Positions 1 to 9,659 of a stretch of 64,000 bases of DNA are shown in pieces; the first letter of the stretch is position 1; every line of letters begins with the position of its first letter. The notes under the pieces were generated by a model, which was not told where the DNA came from, searched no databases, and saw nothing but the letters and a program-made list of their open reading frames with translations. Source of the stretch: an uncultured Anaerolineales bacterium (GTDB lineage Bacteria > Chloroflexota > Anaerolineae > UBA1429); assembly GCA_964407215.1 (NCBI GenBank), contig CAYOUT010000006.1:87437-151436 (forward strand). Direction: 5' to 3'. The position numbers and the translations under genes are program-made.

Positions 1-172
1 AACGCGGGCACGCCCTCGCGCAGGAGAAAGAAAAAGATCAGCGCCACAAACCCCACGGTGGAAAAGCCCAACACGCGGATGAGCGCTTCGATGAGGAACT
101 CTCCCCAGCGGGGTGCGCGGTTGGCGGGGGGCCTCTCCGCGCCGGTGGTGTGTTGCGTCGCCGATCTCATCG
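1..172 (-). CDS. pstC: phosphate ABC transporter permease PstC, N-terminal fragment (gene continues beyond window start)
   Basis: Reverse-strand ATG at ~170-172 translates to MRSATQHTTGAERPPANRAPRWGEFLIEALIRVLGFSTVGFVALIFFFLLREGVPA, a typical PstC N-terminus (first TM helix then ...REGVP). It lies directly downstream of pstS on the same strand. Too short to appear in the ORF track. Confidence 0.55.
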
Positions 173-212
173 TGTTCCCTCGTCCTCTGTGCGCAATCCG
201 CTCGTGGCCGGC

Positions 213-1088
213 CTAATGCAGCGGCACAAAGCCCAGCTCCAGCACCAACGCCTGCCCCTCGGTGAGGATCCAATCCACAAACTCGGCCACCTGGCCGGTG
301 GGCTCGCCGGCGGCGATCATGAACAGCGGGCGCGAGATGGGATAGCTGCCGTCCGTCGCCGCCTGCGCCGATGGGAGCACGGCGGGCGCCCCCTCGGCCA
401 CAGCCACGGCGATCACCTTCTGGTCGGGCGTGACGTAGCCCAGGCCGTCGTAGCCGATGGCGTTGGGGTTGTGGCGCACTTCCTCGCTGATCCCCTCCGA
501 CGAGGGCATCAGCAGGGTGTCGGCCGCAAAGAGCAGGTCCGAGTCCTCGCGGCCCATGCGGATCACGTGCTCTAAAAAGTACACATAGGTGCCCGAGTTG
601 GATTCGCGCGATAGCAGCACGATAGGCCGGTCCTCGCCGCCCACCTCGCGCCAGTTGGTGATCTTGCCGGTATAGATATCCGAAATCTGCTGGATGGTGA
701 GCTCGTCCACGGGGTTGGAGGGGTTGGCCACCACGGCGATGGCGTCCAGCGCGACGGTGATCTCCACGGGGTGGATGCCCCGGGCCTCGGCCGCCGCTAT
801 TTCCTCGCGGCTCATGGCGCGCGAGGCAGTGGCCAAGTCGGCGGTCCGGCTGATCATCGCGGCGATGCCGGTTCCCGTGCCGCCCCCCGTCACCGAGACG
901 CGCGCGCCGGGGCGGAGGGCCATGTAGGCCTCGGCCCAGGCGAGGGCCAGGTTCACCAGCGTGTCGGAGCCCTTGATGCTCACGACGCTGTCCAGCTCGG
1001 TGGAGGCGGTGGGACCGGGCGCCCCGGGCGATGGACGGCATCCGCAGATGACCGTGGCGAGGACAATTAGCGAGCACAGCGCGCCCAT
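213..1088 (-). CDS. pstS: phosphate ABC transporter substrate-binding lipoprotein PstS
   Basis: C-terminal 291 aa of the 1099-aa ORF 213..3512. Internal ATG (MGALCSLIVLATVICGC, lipobox) in frame. PstS-family motifs: SIKGSDTLVNLALAWAEAYM, VSVTGGGTGTGIAAM, LLSRESNSGTYVYF. The remainder of the long ORF is R/A/P-rich overprinting. Confidence 0.85.
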   Translation of the reverse strand: MGALCSLIVLATVICGCRPSPGAPGPTASTELDSVVSIKGSDTLVNLALAWAEAYMALRPGARVSVTGGGTGTGIAAMISRTADLATASRAMSREEIAAAEARGIHPVEITVALDAIAVVANPSNPVDELTIQQISDIYTGKITNWREVGGEDRPIVLLSRESNSGTYVYFLEHVIRMGREDSDLLFAADTLLMPSSEGISEEVRHNPNAIGYDGLGYVTPDQKVIAVAVAEGAPAVLPSAQAATDGSYPISRPLFMIAAGEPTGQVAEFVDWILTEGQALVLELGFVPLH

Positions 1089-1418
1089 GGCGCGCCTCAC
1101 AGTGCTCCGTGTGTCACTCTGTGCTGGTGTTGGCAACCTCGTTACGCCTATCTCGGCGCGCGGGCGGCCAGAGAGGCGGCGCCCGAACGCCGCGCGAGTT
1201 CGTCGGAGCGCAAGCGCATCAGCACCGATTCTACATCCTGAGGCGGGCAAGTCAAATCGGCTCTTTACAGTTGGGGCGCTTTGGCATAGACTGCATTGAG
1301 GCACACGGTGAGGGCGCGCGGCAGGGGGCCGCCCCTTTTTGCAGGGGCGGTCGACCGCACCACGCCGCGCCCGTTCGATTTCGACGCTCGCTCGTTTCGA
1401 CACGCTGAGGAGGTAGCT

Positions 1419-2708
1419 ATGGATTCGACCGATCTCGCCAATCGACCATTGGCCCTGCTGGGCGGGCCCAAGACGGTGTTGCGCGACGAGCCCGATCTCT
1501 TTCACTGGCCTATCGTCGGCGAGGAGGAGGAGTGGGCCGTGGTGGAGGTGTTGCGGGCCGGCAGCATGTCGGGGCTCGACATCACCCGCCAGTTCGAGGC
1601 CGAGTACGCCGAATGGCAGGGCGTAGAGTTCGCCCTGGCGCACTGCAACGGCACGGCGGCCATCGAAGCGGCGTTCTTTGGCTGCGGCCTGGGCCGCGGC
1701 GACGAGGTCATCTGCCCCAGCCTCACGTACTGGGCGTCGGCCATGCCGGCCTTTAGGCTGGGGGCGTCGGTCGTCTTTGCCGATATCGACGCCGATACGC
1801 TGTGTATAGACCCCAACGACATCGAGCGCCGCATCACCGACCGCACCAAGGCGATTATGGTGGTGCATTATTGCGGCCACCCCGTGGATATGGACCCGAT
1901 CCTCGACATCGCCCGCCGCCACGGCCTCAAGGTGGTGGAGGACGTCTCGCACGCCCACGGCGCCATGTACAAGGGCCGGATGGTGGGCGCGTTGGGCGAC
2001 GTGTCGGCCATGTCGCTGATGTCGGGCAAGAGCCTGGCCGTCGGCGAGGGGGGGATGCTCTGCTCTAACGACCGCGAGATCTATGAGCGGGCCATCGCCT
2101 ACGGCCACTACCAGCGACACCCGGGGTCGTTGACGTTGCCCGACCTTCAGGAGCTGGGCGGGATACCGCTGGGGGGCGTCAAGTTCCGCATCAGCCAGAC
2201 GGCCTCGGCCATGGGGAGGGTCCAGCTCAGAGACTACCCCGGGCGCATGCAAGAGATCCAAGACGCCACCAACCGCTTCTGGGATCTGCTGGAGGGGACG
2301 CCGGGCCTGCGCCCGCACCGGCCCGAGGCGGGCTCTGGCACCACCATGGGCGGCTGGTACAACCCCGTGGGGCACTATGTGGCCGAGGAGCTGGGGGGGC
2401 TGCCGCTGGATCGCTTTGCCGAGGCGGTGGTGGCCGAGGGCGGCCGCGCCGGGCGGGGGGTGAACTTTCCGCTGCACCTGCACCCCGTGCTCAACCGCGC
2501 CGACGTCTACCACGACGGTGCGCCCACTCGTATCGCGTTCTCGGAGCACGACCTGCGTCAGCCGCAGGGATCGCTGCCCGTGGCCGAAGCGGCCGGCGCG
2601 CGCACTATAGGCATCCCCTCGTTCAAGCGAGATCGCCCCGAGGCCATCGCCCGGCACGCGGCCGCCTTCCGCAAGGTGGCGCTGCACGCCGCGGACCTGT
2701 TGGGGTAG
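1419..2708 (+). CDS. DegT/DnrJ/EryC1/StrS family PLP-dependent sugar aminotransferase
   Basis: ATG at 1419 preceded by GAGGAGG SD. The fold-type I aminotransferase pattern (…ALAHCNGTAAIEAAF…, …MSGKSLAVGEGGM…) is typical of the DegT family. The upstream part of the track ORF (from 1296) is probably not translated. Confidence 0.8.
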   Translation: MDSTDLANRPLALLGGPKTVLRDEPDLFHWPIVGEEEEWAVVEVLRAGSMSGLDITRQFEAEYAEWQGVEFALAHCNGTAAIEAAFFGCGLGRGDEVICPSLTYWASAMPAFRLGASVVFADIDADTLCIDPNDIERRITDRTKAIMVVHYCGHPVDMDPILDIARRHGLKVVEDVSHAHGAMYKGRMVGALGDVSAMSLMSGKSLAVGEGGMLCSNDREIYERAIAYGHYQRHPGSLTLPDLQELGGIPLGGVKFRISQTASAMGRVQLRDYPGRMQEIQDATNRFWDLLEGTPGLRPHRPEAGSGTTMGGWYNPVGHYVAEELGGLPLDRFAEAVVAEGGRAGRGVNFPLHLHPVLNRADVYHDGAPTRIAFSEHDLRQPQGSLPVAEAAGARTIGIPSFKRDRPEAIARHAAAFRKVALHAADLLG

Positions 2709-2830
2709 CTGTGCGGCGCGGGGCGCCGCGAGGACGGCGGGTTCGGCCCGTATAACGGGTTCGGCCCGTACAACGGGTTTGGGCCCGTATAGCGGAGCCT
2801 GGCACTGTAGTGCCAGGCTCCGTGTGTGTA

Positions 2831-4003
2831 TTACAGCTCCGGAGAATCGCCCGGCATCACCACGTCGCAATACTGGCGTTTCGCTGCGGATTCGCGCGCC
2901 CACAGGCACGTCAGCGCGCTGACGATCCCCGCCGAGAGGGGGCTGCGCGAGGGGGTGCCGTCGCGCATGGCCCGCAAAAAGTCCAGGCACAGCTCGCGGT
3001 CGCCGCCGAAATGCGGCATCTCGCCGGTGAACTCGATGGTGTCCACCATGGGCGATTGGTGCTTGAACACGCGGATGACGTTCTCGTACCAGTCGAACTC
3101 GATGGTCCCCTTGTAGCCGTACAGCCGCGCACCGCGGCGCGCGGCCCTGAAGCGCGCAAACACGTTCTGCGTATAGCTGAGCTGAACGCCGTTCTCGTAC
3201 TCCAGGATCAGGTTGCTCAGGTCCTCGTTGCGGATCCCCTCGGCAAAGAGGCACATACGATCCGAGGCGGTGTCCACCTCGTGCCCGTGAAAGCGCTCGC
3301 GGAACAGGTTGAAGGGGCTCTCGGGGCACGTCTCCCACTCGTCGCAATCCACACACTTGAGGTCGAAGGGCTTGTCGCCGCCGTACACCCGCTGCGCCGT
3401 CATGGCGCACAGCGAGGCGGGGCGCTGGCCCACCAGGTAGTGGATATAGTCCAGATCGTGCGTGGCCTTTTGCAAAAAGAGCCCGCCCACCTCGGCATAG
3501 TTGCGATACCACGAGTAAAAGTACACGTCGCCGTAGGGCACGTCGTTGTAGGCGATGACGTGCTCCACGGTGCCGATGGTGTCGGCCTCGATCAGCTGCT
3601 TGATGGTCTGCACGTGCAGCGTCATCCGCAGGGGGAACGACACCACCGTGGGCGCGGTGACGCTGCGATAGGCGTCGCTCAGCGCCCGCAACTGCTCAAA
3701 GTTGATGGCCACCGGCTTTTCCAAAAAGAGCGGCAGGTTGTAGCGCGCCACTTTGCAGGCCATCTCGGTGTGTAGGTGGCAGCGCGTGCCCACCATCACA
3801 CCGTCCAGCTGCGATGCGGCCAGCATCTCGTCGGCGTCGGCGAAAAACGCGGCCTCCTCGAGGAAGGGATCGCCCTCCGCCCGCAACTCCTCGGCGCGCG
3901 GGTCGACGATGGCGGCCACGCGGTAGGGTATGCCGAAAGCCGCCAGCCCCTTGGCCATAGACGACACTCGCGCCCCGTATCCGATGATTCCCACCTTCAG
4001 CAT
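2831..4003 (-). CDS. Gfo/Idh/MocA family oxidoreductase
   Basis: Internal start MLKVGIIGYGARVS (Rossmann GxGxxG) with a GAGGTG SD. C-terminal alpha/beta domain typical of the family. The ORF track frame extends upstream to 4366 but lacks a start signal there. Confidence 0.85.
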   Translation of the reverse strand: MLKVGIIGYGARVSSMAKGLAAFGIPYRVAAIVDPRAEELRAEGDPFLEEAAFFADADEMLAASQLDGVMVGTRCHLHTEMACKVARYNLPLFLEKPVAINFEQLRALSDAYRSVTAPTVVSFPLRMTLHVQTIKQLIEADTIGTVEHVIAYNDVPYGDVYFYSWYRNYAEVGGLFLQKATHDLDYIHYLVGQRPASLCAMTAQRVYGGDKPFDLKCVDCDEWETCPESPFNLFRERFHGHEVDTASDRMCLFAEGIRNEDLSNLILEYENGVQLSYTQNVFARFRAARRGARLYGYKGTIEFDWYENVIRVFKHQSPMVDTIEFTGEMPHFGGDRELCLDFLRAMRDGTPSRSPLSAGIVSALTCLWARESAAKRQYCDVVMPGDSPEL

Positions 4004-4048
4004 TGTGTCACCTCGATTGTGGATCTGCCTCAAGCGAACCGTTGCCGC

Positions 4049-4077
4049 ATTATAGGCCCCGCACCCCGCCGAGCCAA
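4049..4077 (-). promoter_or_regulatory. putative sigma70-type promoter (TTGGCT-N17-TATAAT) for the Gfo/Idh/MocA gene
   Basis: Read on the minus strand: TTGGCT, 17-nt spacer, then a perfect TATAAT about 45 nt upstream of the ATG. Confidence 0.35.
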
Positions 4078-4095
4078 ACGCCGCCGCCCTCGCCC

Positions 4096-4125
4096 TTGCT
4101 AGCCGGGCGGCTGCGCCCCTATAAT
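4096..4125 (+). promoter_or_regulatory. putative sigma70-type promoter (TTGCTA-N18-TATAAT) for the beta-helix protein gene
   Basis: cccTTGCTAgccgggcggctgcgcccctATAATgg on the plus strand, about 65 nt upstream of the 4191 ATG (SD GCAGGAGG). Confidence 0.35.
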
Positions 4126-4190
4126 GGCGGGGATGGCAGAAAAGCAGCTGCCCTTGGAGGGCGCTACCTGAGACAAGCAGGAGGCAACCG

Positions 4191-6302
4191 ATGGCCGAGC
4201 AGTTCAAAGCACAGGATTTGTACATCTCGCCACAGGGCAACGATCGCTGGTCGGGGCGGCTGGCAGCCCCCAACGCCGAGGGCACCGACGGCCCGTTGGC
4301 CACCTTGGAGTGCGCGCGCGACGTGGTGCGCGAGCGCGTGCGCACCGGCGGCTTTGCCGGCTCCACGACGGTGTGGCTGCGAGGCGGGCGCTACCCCATG
4401 ACGGAGCCCGTGGTCTTTACCCCACAGGATTCGGCGCCGGTGACCTACGCCGCCTACCCGGGCGAGGAGCCGATTTTGGACGGGGGCGCGCTCATCAGCG
4501 GTTGGCGCCAAGAGCGCCTGGGCGATCGCGTGGCGTGGGTGGCCGATGTGCCGCCGGTGGTGGGGCGGAGGCTCGGGTACCAGCGGCTCGACCCCCAGCC
4601 GTGGCGCTTCCGCCAGCTGTGGGTGAACGGCGAGCGGCGTGCGCGCCCGCGCCTGCCCAAAAAGGACTATTATTGGATGGCCGATGTGCCGGCCATCGAC
4701 CTGAACGCCCAGCTCTTTGAGGGCAGCGACACCTTTCGCTGCGAGCCGGGCGACATCCGCCCCTGGCACAACCTGGAAGAGGTGGAGGTGGTGGCCCTCC
4801 ACTACTGGGTGGAGGAGCGCATGCCCATCGCGTCGTTCGACGAGGCCACCAACACGGTGCGCTCGTCGCGGCGCAGCATCTTTGCCCTGAAGGACGACTG
4901 GCGCGAGAGCTATGCCAAATACTATGTGGAGAACGTGTTCGAGGCGCTGACAGAGCCGGGCGAGTGGTACCTGGATACGACGCAAGCCCGGGTCTACTAC
5001 CTGCCGCTGCCGGGCGAGACGCTGGAGGGCATGGAGGCCTACGCCCCCGTCGCCGAGCAGTTGATCCGCCTGGAGGGCGCGCCGGACGAGGGGCGCTATG
5101 TCGAGCACATCCGCTTCCAGGGGCTGACGCTGGAGCACACCGAATCGCGCCAGCCCTCGGGCGGCGGCGAGGCCTTTGGCATGCCCGGCATCGAGTTCGC
5201 CGCGGCGCCACAGGCGGCCATGAACATCCCCGGCGTGATCCAGATGGAGGGGGCGCGCGCCTGCGCCGTGGAGGATTGCGTCATCCGCCGCATCGGCTGG
5301 TACGGCGTGGAGATCGGCGACGGCTGCAACGGGGTGCGCGTGGTGGGCAACACCATCTCGGATATGGGCGCCGGCGGCGTCAAGCTGTCGGGCGTGGATG
5401 TCGAGGGCCCCATAGCGCGGCGCTCGGGGAACTGTCGCATCACCGATAACTGGATCCACCACGGCGGCCACGTTTTTCACAGCGCGGTGGGCGTGCTGGC
5501 GCGCCACAGCTACGGCAACGACATCTCGCACAACCATATCCACGATCTGTACTACACGGGCATCTCTTGCGGCTGGGTGTGGGGGTTCGCCGCGAGCGTG
5601 TCGTGCAACAACCGCATCGAAAAGAACCACATCCACCACTTGGGCAAGCGCCTGCTGAGCGATATGGGCGGCATCTATACGCTGGGCGTGCAGCCGGGCA
5701 CGGTGCTGCGCGGCAACCTGATCCACGACATCGAAAAGTGGAACTATGGCGGCTGGGCCATCTACCCCGATGAGGGGAGCAGCCACCTGCTCATCGAGCA
5801 CAACATTGGCTACAACACCAGCAGCCAGCCCTTCCATCAGCATTACGGGCGCGAGAACATCGTGCGCAACAACATCTGGGCCTACGGCGGGGAGGGGCAG
5901 GCGCGCACCAGCCGCGTGGGTCCCGACAAGCAGTTCACCTTCCAGCGCAACATCTTGGTGAGCAACGGCACCCCCGTCTTTATCGGGGGGTACCCCGGCA
6001 TACTGGACCAGCGCAATTTCTACAGCGACGTGAACCTGCTGTGGGATGCCTCGGGCGAGGTGCAGGTGGCGGCCAACGTGCGCACCGACGCCGAGGCGCG
6101 CCAGCTGCTCGATCGCGTCTTCTCGCTGGAGGAATGGCAGGCTATGGGGTTCGACCGACACTCGATGGTGGCCGATCCGTGCTTTGCCGACCTGGAGGCC
6201 CGCGACTTTACCCTGGCCGAGGATTCGCCGGCCTGGGCGCTGGGGTTCGAGCCGATCGACCTGTCGGACGTGGGGCCGCGCCCCAAAGATCGGCGCGAAT
6301 AG
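4191..6302 (+). CDS. right-handed parallel beta-helix repeat protein (pectate-lyase-fold, probable glycan-active enzyme)
   Basis: 703 aa with repeated beta-helix signatures (NxxIxxNxI, GGxxxH; e.g. CRITDNWIHHGGHVFHSAVG, ISHNHIHDLYYTGIS, NNRIEKNHIHHLG). No signal peptide is evident. SD GCAGGAGG. Confidence 0.8.
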   Translation: MAEQFKAQDLYISPQGNDRWSGRLAAPNAEGTDGPLATLECARDVVRERVRTGGFAGSTTVWLRGGRYPMTEPVVFTPQDSAPVTYAAYPGEEPILDGGALISGWRQERLGDRVAWVADVPPVVGRRLGYQRLDPQPWRFRQLWVNGERRARPRLPKKDYYWMADVPAIDLNAQLFEGSDTFRCEPGDIRPWHNLEEVEVVALHYWVEERMPIASFDEATNTVRSSRRSIFALKDDWRESYAKYYVENVFEALTEPGEWYLDTTQARVYYLPLPGETLEGMEAYAPVAEQLIRLEGAPDEGRYVEHIRFQGLTLEHTESRQPSGGGEAFGMPGIEFAAAPQAAMNIPGVIQMEGARACAVEDCVIRRIGWYGVEIGDGCNGVRVVGNTISDMGAGGVKLSGVDVEGPIARRSGNCRITDNWIHHGGHVFHSAVGVLARHSYGNDISHNHIHDLYYTGISCGWVWGFAASVSCNNRIEKNHIHHLGKRLLSDMGGIYTLGVQPGTVLRGNLIHDIEKWNYGGWAIYPDEGSSHLLIEHNIGYNTSSQPFHQHYGRENIVRNNIWAYGGEGQARTSRVGPDKQFTFQRNILVSNGTPVFIGGYPGILDQRNFYSDVNLLWDASGEVQVAANVRTDAEARQLLDRVFSLEEWQAMGFDRHSMVADPCFADLEARDFTLAEDSPAWALGFEPIDLSDVGPRPKDRRE

Positions 6303-6428
6303 CCCGCGCCGCGGGATGAGGCCTGTGTGAGGCGGTTCGATGCGGGGGCGCACAGCCACAGCGCCGCAGGCGCCCGCCCCCGCGTACCATGGCTCGCGTG
6401 TGAGGCTGTGTACCGCGCGCTTGCCCGC

Positions 6429-7172
6429 CTAGCTCAACACCACGGGCTCGGCGGCAAAGCGCACCAGCTCTTGCACGCCCGCGTCAATCACAGCGGCCCA
6501 CAGCTTGGCGCCCAGCTCGGCGGAGGCGTGGGTGGGGTCTCCGATGACGCCGGTGGCCGAGATTCGCGAAAAGTCCAGCTCGGGGTCGTCCCAATCGACG
6601 GGGCCGTGCCGGGGGTTGCGCACCAGCTCGTGGCGCACCGCCTCGGCCCGCAGGTAGAGCGCGAGCGATGTGGCAAAGCTATCGGCGTGGCCGCCGGGCA
6701 CGTAAGGGTCGCCAAAGCGGCACCAGATCTCGTACAGGGGCAGCCTGATGGTTGTGGCCCGCGCCAGGCCGGCGTACTCGCGGTTGAGGCGCGAGACCGG
6801 TTCGTTGAGATGGTGCTGCTTGCAGCCCGGCAGTAACAGGATGCGCCGAAAGCCCTGTGCGGCCAGCGACGCCAGTACGTGGTAGAGCACCTGTTCGTGC
6901 AGCTCCTGCGGCAGGTTGATGTAGCCGCTGCCATAGCCCACGTGCGCGGGGGTGGGGCCGAAGGGCAGCGTGGGGGCCACCAACGACCCGATACCGTGCG
7001 TGAGCTCCGCCGCCTCCGAGATCCCCTCAGCCGCTTGGCTCACCCAAAAGGTGTCCAAATCCACGGGCAGGTGGGGCCCTTGCTGCTCGGTGCAGCCGGT
7101 GGGCACAATGGCCACCCATCCGGCCTGTGCTACCTCACTCACCTCCAAGTAGGTCAGATCCCCGAATCGCAT
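6429..7172 (-). CDS. creatininase family protein (creatinine amidohydrolase-like)
   Basis: Start MRFGDLTYLEVSE matches the family N-terminus (M…ELTW.E). …LPTGCTEQQGPHLP… carries metal-binding motifs. The SD is weak (GGAAG), so the start is chosen on family consensus. Confidence 0.7.
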   Translation of the reverse strand: MRFGDLTYLEVSEVAQAGWVAIVPTGCTEQQGPHLPVDLDTFWVSQAAEGISEAAELTHGIGSLVAPTLPFGPTPAHVGYGSGYINLPQELHEQVLYHVLASLAAQGFRRILLLPGCKQHHLNEPVSRLNREYAGLARATTIRLPLYEIWCRFGDPYVPGGHADSFATSLALYLRAEAVRHELVRNPRHGPVDWDDPELDFSRISATGVIGDPTHASAELGAKLWAAVIDAGVQELVRFAAEPVVLS

Positions 7173-7322
7173 ACGGCTTCCTTTCGCACGCGGGCAGCTG
7201 TTGGTACATGCTGCGGTGAACCGGCTCACCAGACGCATCGGATTGTAGACGATGCCGCTGGGCGACGCAAGCCCCAGCGGGCCATCCGGCAGGTGGCGGG
7301 CCATCCAGCAGGTGGCGGGCCG

Positions 7323-9470
7323 TCAGCCGCGAAAGTTGCGCACGGTGATCAGCCCATAGCTGTGCAGGCGGTGGATGTGGCACTCTACGCCGCCCTCGAT
7401 GGCATTTACAGACAGCCCGTCCGCCGCCTCTACATCCTCTGCGCGGATGGGGCCGTAGAGCCGCAGCCGCACGTCGCTCACGGGGATCACCACATCGACC
7501 GAGCGGGTGATCTCGCGGCCGGGCAGGTAGGCCGGCACCGTCTGGTTGGTCAGGTGGGCGTAGAGCGTCCCCTCGGCGTCGGTCTCCATGCTGAGCTCCA
7601 CGGTGATGGGGGCGCTGAGCTGGTACCCCTTTGTGGGGGCGAGGCCGTCGAGCAGGCCCGCCAGGATCGCCAGGGTTTGGTGATAGCCGGTGCTGTAGGC
7701 CGCATAGCCCAGCGACCCCGCCAGGTACCAGGCCGTCCCCTGGCCGAAGCGGTTGCAGGTGAAGAGCGGGTACGCCGAATCGGCCCCCGGCACCAGGTCG
7801 ACCCCCGAGCCCGAATCGGGGTAATCCGGATCGGGCTCCACCAGCGCCGCCAGGCTCTCGGCCGTGGTGGGCTGCACGCGCGCGGCGGTTCCCGCCGGCG
7901 GGGGCGCGCTCACCAGCACCGAGGGCTCCTTTCCCTCCCAATAGCTCCAATAGTACGCGGCAAAGGGGTAGGGCTCCACGTAGCGCACGCCCAGCACATC
8001 CTCCAGCAACGAGCGCTCTCTGGGGCGGCCGAGCCGGTCGCAGAGGCCGGTGTTGGCGGTGGCCAGCAGCTGGCCGCCGGCGGCCACGTACCCGCGGATC
8101 GCCTCGGCCAGGGGCTCCTCCATGCAGGCCACGTTGCCCAGGATCACCAGCTCGTAGCCGGCGAGGTCGTCGGCCGAGCGGATGCGCTCGGGCACCACGA
8201 TGTCGAACAGGCGGTGGTTCTCCAGCAGCGCCCGGCAGTAGCCCAGGAACTCGAACCGGTACCGCCACGTGTCCTCGCCCGGCTCGTAAAAGTCGCGCGT
8301 ATCCTGCGACCAGATCACCGCCACGTGTTTGACCGTCTCTCGCTGCGTTGCGTCGGTATCGGCGGCCGCGCGCTTGTAATCGGCAAAGACGAGCCCCATG
8401 GTCTCCACGGCGGCCTGACTGCTGCCGGTGGAGGGGTAGGCGCCCTGGCCGCAGGAGCCCAGGATGTAGCCGCCGTTGCCGAGCAGCGAGCTCGCGTGCA
8501 TGCGGTATTCCTGCTCGGCCAGCGGCGCGTGCGAAAAGCGCGGGTGTTGCCCCGTCACCAGCACCATGCCCGGCATCCCCAGGGCGCGCAGCCACTTGGC
8601 CACGATGGTGGTGCTGTGGGTATCCGCCACGCCCGATGCCAGGCGCAGCCAGGCCTCGGTGACGTAGCTGGCCAGGTACGGCCACCATCCGGGGCTCACG
8701 GCCATGGTGGGCCAGAGGTAGATGGGGCAAAAGGCGTTGGGCGCGAGCCCCACGCCGTGGCCGTGGGCGATGTCGGCCAGCTCGGCGATCAACGAGGTGG
8801 ACACCTCTTGCCGCCAGTGCAGATACTCGCCCCAGCGCTCGGTCACCGCGCGGTAGGTGATCTCGCGGGTGCCCAGCATCTCTTCCAGGTGGGGGCGGCA
8901 GGAATCGCACAGGCAGATGCCGGTGTTGAAGAACATGTCCAGGTGAAAGGCGTCCACCGGGTAGCGCTCCACGATCTCGCGCGCCACCCGCAGGATCTCC
9001 TCGCGCCGTGGGGAGTTGATGCAGGGGGTGAACCATCTGCCGTAGGCCACCTTGTAGACGGGGCCCTTGCCCTGGGGGCGATAGGCGGCGATCTCCTCCA
9101 TGCCGCTGGGGAGCGGCTCCACGGTGTCGTCCTGTGCGAGGCGGCGCCAGTGCCACTCGGGGTGGCGCGAGTCGAGCCAGTTGGTGTAGGCGATGACCTT
9201 TTTGCCGCGCTCCTTCAGCGCGCCCACCACCTCGCCGAAATAGTCGCGCTCGCCCAGCGACGGGTGCTTGGGGAACACGTCGCTGTCATAGTAGGCGATG
9301 CCCCACTGGTTGGTGGCATAGATGGCGTAGACGTCGGCGTCGATGGCGTCCAGATCGCGCATCACGGCGTCCAGCGTATAGTCTCTAAAGCCCGCCGCGT
9401 CGTAATAGTTCTTGACGTACTGATCGTACCACATGATCGTCTTGCAGCCCGCAAAAATGTCCTCGGCCAT
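7323..9470 (-). CDS. putative glycoside hydrolase (GH42-like/GHL TIM barrel plus beta-galactosidase-trimerisation/GATase1-like domain)
   Basis: Start MAEDIFAGCKTIMWYDQY with a GGAGGG SD. TIM-barrel region (…DAFHLDMFFNTGICLCDSC…) followed by a class-I glutamine-amidotransferase-like fold (…YELVILGNVACMEEPLAEAIRGYVAAGGQLLAT…) as seen in GH42 trimerisation domains. The exact GH family is not resolved. Confidence 0.6.
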   Translation of the reverse strand: MAEDIFAGCKTIMWYDQYVKNYYDAAGFRDYTLDAVMRDLDAIDADVYAIYATNQWGIAYYDSDVFPKHPSLGERDYFGEVVGALKERGKKVIAYTNWLDSRHPEWHWRRLAQDDTVEPLPSGMEEIAAYRPQGKGPVYKVAYGRWFTPCINSPRREEILRVAREIVERYPVDAFHLDMFFNTGICLCDSCRPHLEEMLGTREITYRAVTERWGEYLHWRQEVSTSLIAELADIAHGHGVGLAPNAFCPIYLWPTMAVSPGWWPYLASYVTEAWLRLASGVADTHSTTIVAKWLRALGMPGMVLVTGQHPRFSHAPLAEQEYRMHASSLLGNGGYILGSCGQGAYPSTGSSQAAVETMGLVFADYKRAAADTDATQRETVKHVAVIWSQDTRDFYEPGEDTWRYRFEFLGYCRALLENHRLFDIVVPERIRSADDLAGYELVILGNVACMEEPLAEAIRGYVAAGGQLLATANTGLCDRLGRPRERSLLEDVLGVRYVEPYPFAAYYWSYWEGKEPSVLVSAPPPAGTAARVQPTTAESLAALVEPDPDYPDSGSGVDLVPGADSAYPLFTCNRFGQGTAWYLAGSLGYAAYSTGYHQTLAILAGLLDGLAPTKGYQLSAPITVELSMETDAEGTLYAHLTNQTVPAYLPGREITRSVDVVIPVSDVRLRLYGPIRAEDVEAADGLSVNAIEGGVECHIHRLHSYGLITVRNFRG

Positions 9471-9659
9471 GGCGCCCTCCGTGTGCGGCAGTTGTGGTGG
9501 CGGGTCAGGTGTGTGGCTGCATTCTAGCGGGCGCGCGGGCGGCGTCAAGGGCGGGAGGGGGCTTGGGGCCGGGGCGCGGGCCCTTGGGGTTGCGCTGCCG
9601 CGGCGCTGGCGGTAACATACCGCGGCTGAGCCCAGCTGATCTCACGCAAGGAGGCTACT

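Noticed and set aside
1089-1418. Looked for PhoB-type Pho boxes upstream of pstS
   Set aside because: There is a TTGACTT/TGTAAAG-like pair on the pstS side but no convincing tandem 7-4-7 Pho box consensus. Not callable without a genome-specific PhoB motif.
213-3512. 1099-aa minus-strand ORF, the longest in the window
   Set aside because: Only the last 291 codons (213..1088) are PstS-like and begin at an ATG with a lipoprotein signal. The upstream 800 codons are Arg/Ala/Pro/Gly-rich with no domain. This is typical GC-driven open frames and overlaps the real DegT gene on the other strand.
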